Part shown: positions 61,392 to 64,000 of the stretch, in pieces
Layout of the letters: the number at the start of each line of letters is the position of its first letter
How positions within the stretch are numbered: the stretch's first letter is position 1
From: Octopus sinensis
Lineage: Eukaryota
Length of the DNA: 64,000 bases
Direction of reading: 5' to 3'
Assembly: GCF_006345805.1 (NCBI RefSeq)
Contig: NC_043000.1
Span: 86,304,001-86,368,000, forward strand
The notes under the pieces: generated by a model
Database searches by the model: none
What the model was told of the DNA's origin: nothing
What the model saw: only the letters and a program-made list of their open reading frames with translations
Program-made: the position numbers and the translations under genes

Positions 61392-62309
61392 TCTTCTGTC
61401 TACTATCAAACAAAACCAAACCCAAAACTAAACTACACTAATACAGAAAAACTAAGAGCTACCTCAAATAAATTTCTTTATGAAATTCTGCCATACTCCT
61501 TACTTAAAAATCAATAAAAAGTAATAAAATAAAAACTAGAACTACAAAAGAAATACATGGGAATAAACTTACAAGAATGGTAATGAAAGAATGAAAATAC
61601 ATACTATACAAAAAACAAACTTCCTATTCTGAGCTGCCAATCAAAAATCCTGGTTTTGATATCAAAATCTGCAGTACTCCATCTGACAGCATCATCAGTA
61701 TAAAAAAATTGTTTTAATACGGCTTAGGAATACATAAACAGAACTCATGCTTGAGACAAAATGAAACATAAATATATATAAAACATACCTGGATCAAAAA
61801 CACAGATGTCAGAAAACACTAGGCCCCCATGAGAGCATTGTCCCTCATATGGCATCATGATAAGATTTAGAAAAGAAGAAAGACAGTCGCAGAAACAGAA
61901 ATGGTGAAAGAGGAGAAAGAGGAACTTGGCTCACAGGTGGAAGTGATAATCACTGGAGGGAAACAAGAGAGTGCATAACAACCAAACAATGAGAAAAAAG
62001 GGGAATAAGAAGGAAAGAGAATCATTGACAATAACATATCAAATATGCAGTGAGTCCTTGTAATATGAACAAATAAATAAGCACTAAGACAAACATAATC
62101 CAGGTTGTATACACCCACATAATAATTTATAATAATCTAAGAAGTTTAATAGAAAAAGAAAATATCAGGATCGTTACTATGGTGAAGAGTGAAGCTGCTT
62201 GGCAAAGACTGATCTTGGACTTTGTCACACATACACACTAAGTTATAATGTTCTTGCTCACTTTACTTTCAAGCAGTGCCTGGAAGTAAAGTGTGTAGTG
62301 TGTGGTTGT

Positions 62310-63017
62310 CTCACTGAGAAAACTGAGCAAGGAATCTGCATCAAATTTTTCCAAAACCTTGGCGATATCTGTGCAGAAACTTATGAAAAGTTGCAGAAAG
62401 CATATGGAGAGGAGTGTATGAGTGGGACGTGAGTGTACAAATGGTTCAAATGTTTCCAAGATGGCTTACAAAATGTTGTCAGAGATGCATGTTCTGGGAG
62501 TCCTGCAGCCAGAACTGATGAAAACGTTACAGATATGTGCACAGCTGTCCAGAAGGACTGTTGAATCACTGTGCATGAGTTCTTGGAAGATGTGAACATT
62601 AGTCATGGTTCAGTTCAGTCCAATATCACTGAAGATTTGAGTATGAGATGTGTGTCTGCCAAATTTGTGCCAAAACTACTTTTGGTTGCAGCAATTTTTG
62701 GCAAAGCACAATATTCTCCAGGTCCCACAACCACCATATTCCCTAGACTTTGCCCCTTGCAACTTTTTCCTCTTTCTGAAAATCAAATCCCACTAGAATA
62801 GAACAAAATTTCAAGATATCAAAGAAATCTAAGAGAATATGATAAGGCAGCTGCTTTCTATCCCAAAAAAGAAGTTCCAGGAATGCTTCCATTAATGGAA
62901 ACAAAGTGTGTGGTTTCAGAAGGGAACCACTTCAAAGGAGATTAAATGCCAAGTTGATATGTGTTGTAGTTTTCTTTTTATAGCACCAGTCTCAATACTT
63001 TGTGATCAAACCTCATA
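62310..63017 (+). mobile_element. Decayed, internally deleted mariner-family transposon
   Basis: EQGICIKF, ETYEKLQKAYGEECMS, VYKWFKCF, LSMRCVSAKFVPKLL (WVPREL-like motif), PPYSLDFAPCNFFLF (YSPDLAP-like); candidate right TIR ending GATCAAACCTCA|TA. Confidence 0.85.
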
Positions 63018-63149
63018 TACATTCACTACATCTCCATATTTTTTATTACATTCCAGTTTCTCTAAAGATTTTGCTGTTTCTCACAGACTTCAATTCACAA
63101 CTCAGTAGGAAGCTTGAAATAACAGTAATTCTTTCAAAGTATGAATATA

Positions 63150-63557
63150 TAGGAGTGGCTGTGTGGTAAGTAGCTTGCTTACCAACCACATGGTTCCGAG
63201 TTCAGTCCCACTGCGTGGCACCTTAGGCAAGTATCTTCTACTATAGCCTCGGGCTGGCCAAAGCCTTGTAAGTGGATTTGGTAGACAGAAACTGAAAAAA
63301 ACCTGTTGTATATATGTATATATATATATATATGTGTGTGTATATGTTTGTGTGTCTGTGTTTGTCCCCGCCAACATCGCTTTGTCAAGCGATGGTGGTG
63401 TGCTTACGTCCCCGTAACTTAGCGGTTCAGCAAAAAGACTGATAGAATAAGTACGAGGCTTACAAAGAATAAGTCCTGGGGTCGATTTGCTTGACTAAAG
63501 GTGGTGCTCCAGCATGGTTGCAGTCAAATGACTGAAACAAGTAAAAGAGTAAAGAGT
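63150..63557 (+). mobile_element. Full-length tRNA-derived SINE (family A)
   Basis: Colinear with the 6813 and 39831 copies. Confidence 0.92.
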
Positions 63558-64000
63558 ATATATACATACCTAAGCTACAATTTAAGTGTTTAATTAACAG
63601 AATTTCCACTATCTTCTTGCCTAATCATTATGCAAGAATATATTCTGCCATACCATATTATTTGACTAGGGAAAATACAATAGTCTAATTTTTCTGGATT
63701 GCAGCTAGATACATAAGGCATTACTGCTACTTAAACTCTGAAATTATTAGTTTTATTATAAACATTAGCATTTATTGGTTTGTAACTATTGTCTATCTAA
63801 ATACATAGCATCATTTTTCAAATTGAAGACACTTATGTTCACTTCCAAATCATTGGGATACATTTTTCAAAATAAATATTGATTTCAAATTTGGCACAAG
63901 GCCAACAATTTTGGGGAAGAGGTAAGTCAATTACATTGAGCCATGTCCAACTGGTACTTATTTAATTGACATTGAAAGAATGAAAAGCAAAGCAAACCTT

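Overview
Eukaryotic, very AT-rich, microsatellite-saturated genomic DNA. The tRNA-headed SINE families and the RTE LINE with a (GAT)n tail look like those of Octopus (coleoid cephalopod); this is recognition by eye, not a database result. No complete protein-coding gene is visible, and almost all of the supplied ORFs are microsatellite or antisense artefacts. The window is a transposon graveyard. It holds a Penelope-like element (RT + GIY-YIG), several RTE 3' fragments, three CR1/L2-type LINE fragments, a HERO/NeSL-like restriction-endonuclease fragment, three Tc1/mariner lineages (Tc1, DD41D, mariner), TTAA-flanked MITEs, a mini-Helitron and many SINEs. The most notable signal is a set of type I hammerhead-ribozyme motifs from several unrelated sequence families (15738, 20815, 21300, 23521/24354, 55860, 57608; partial at 16002 and 48468). 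Most lie beside (TA)n tracts, and several sit inside long fold-back palindromes that turn back within the ribozyme. A few isolated candidate host exons exist, the best being a 65-nt ankyrin-repeat exon on the minus strand (33219-33283). Element boundaries are approximate unless termini are quoted. All translations and base-pairings were done by hand.
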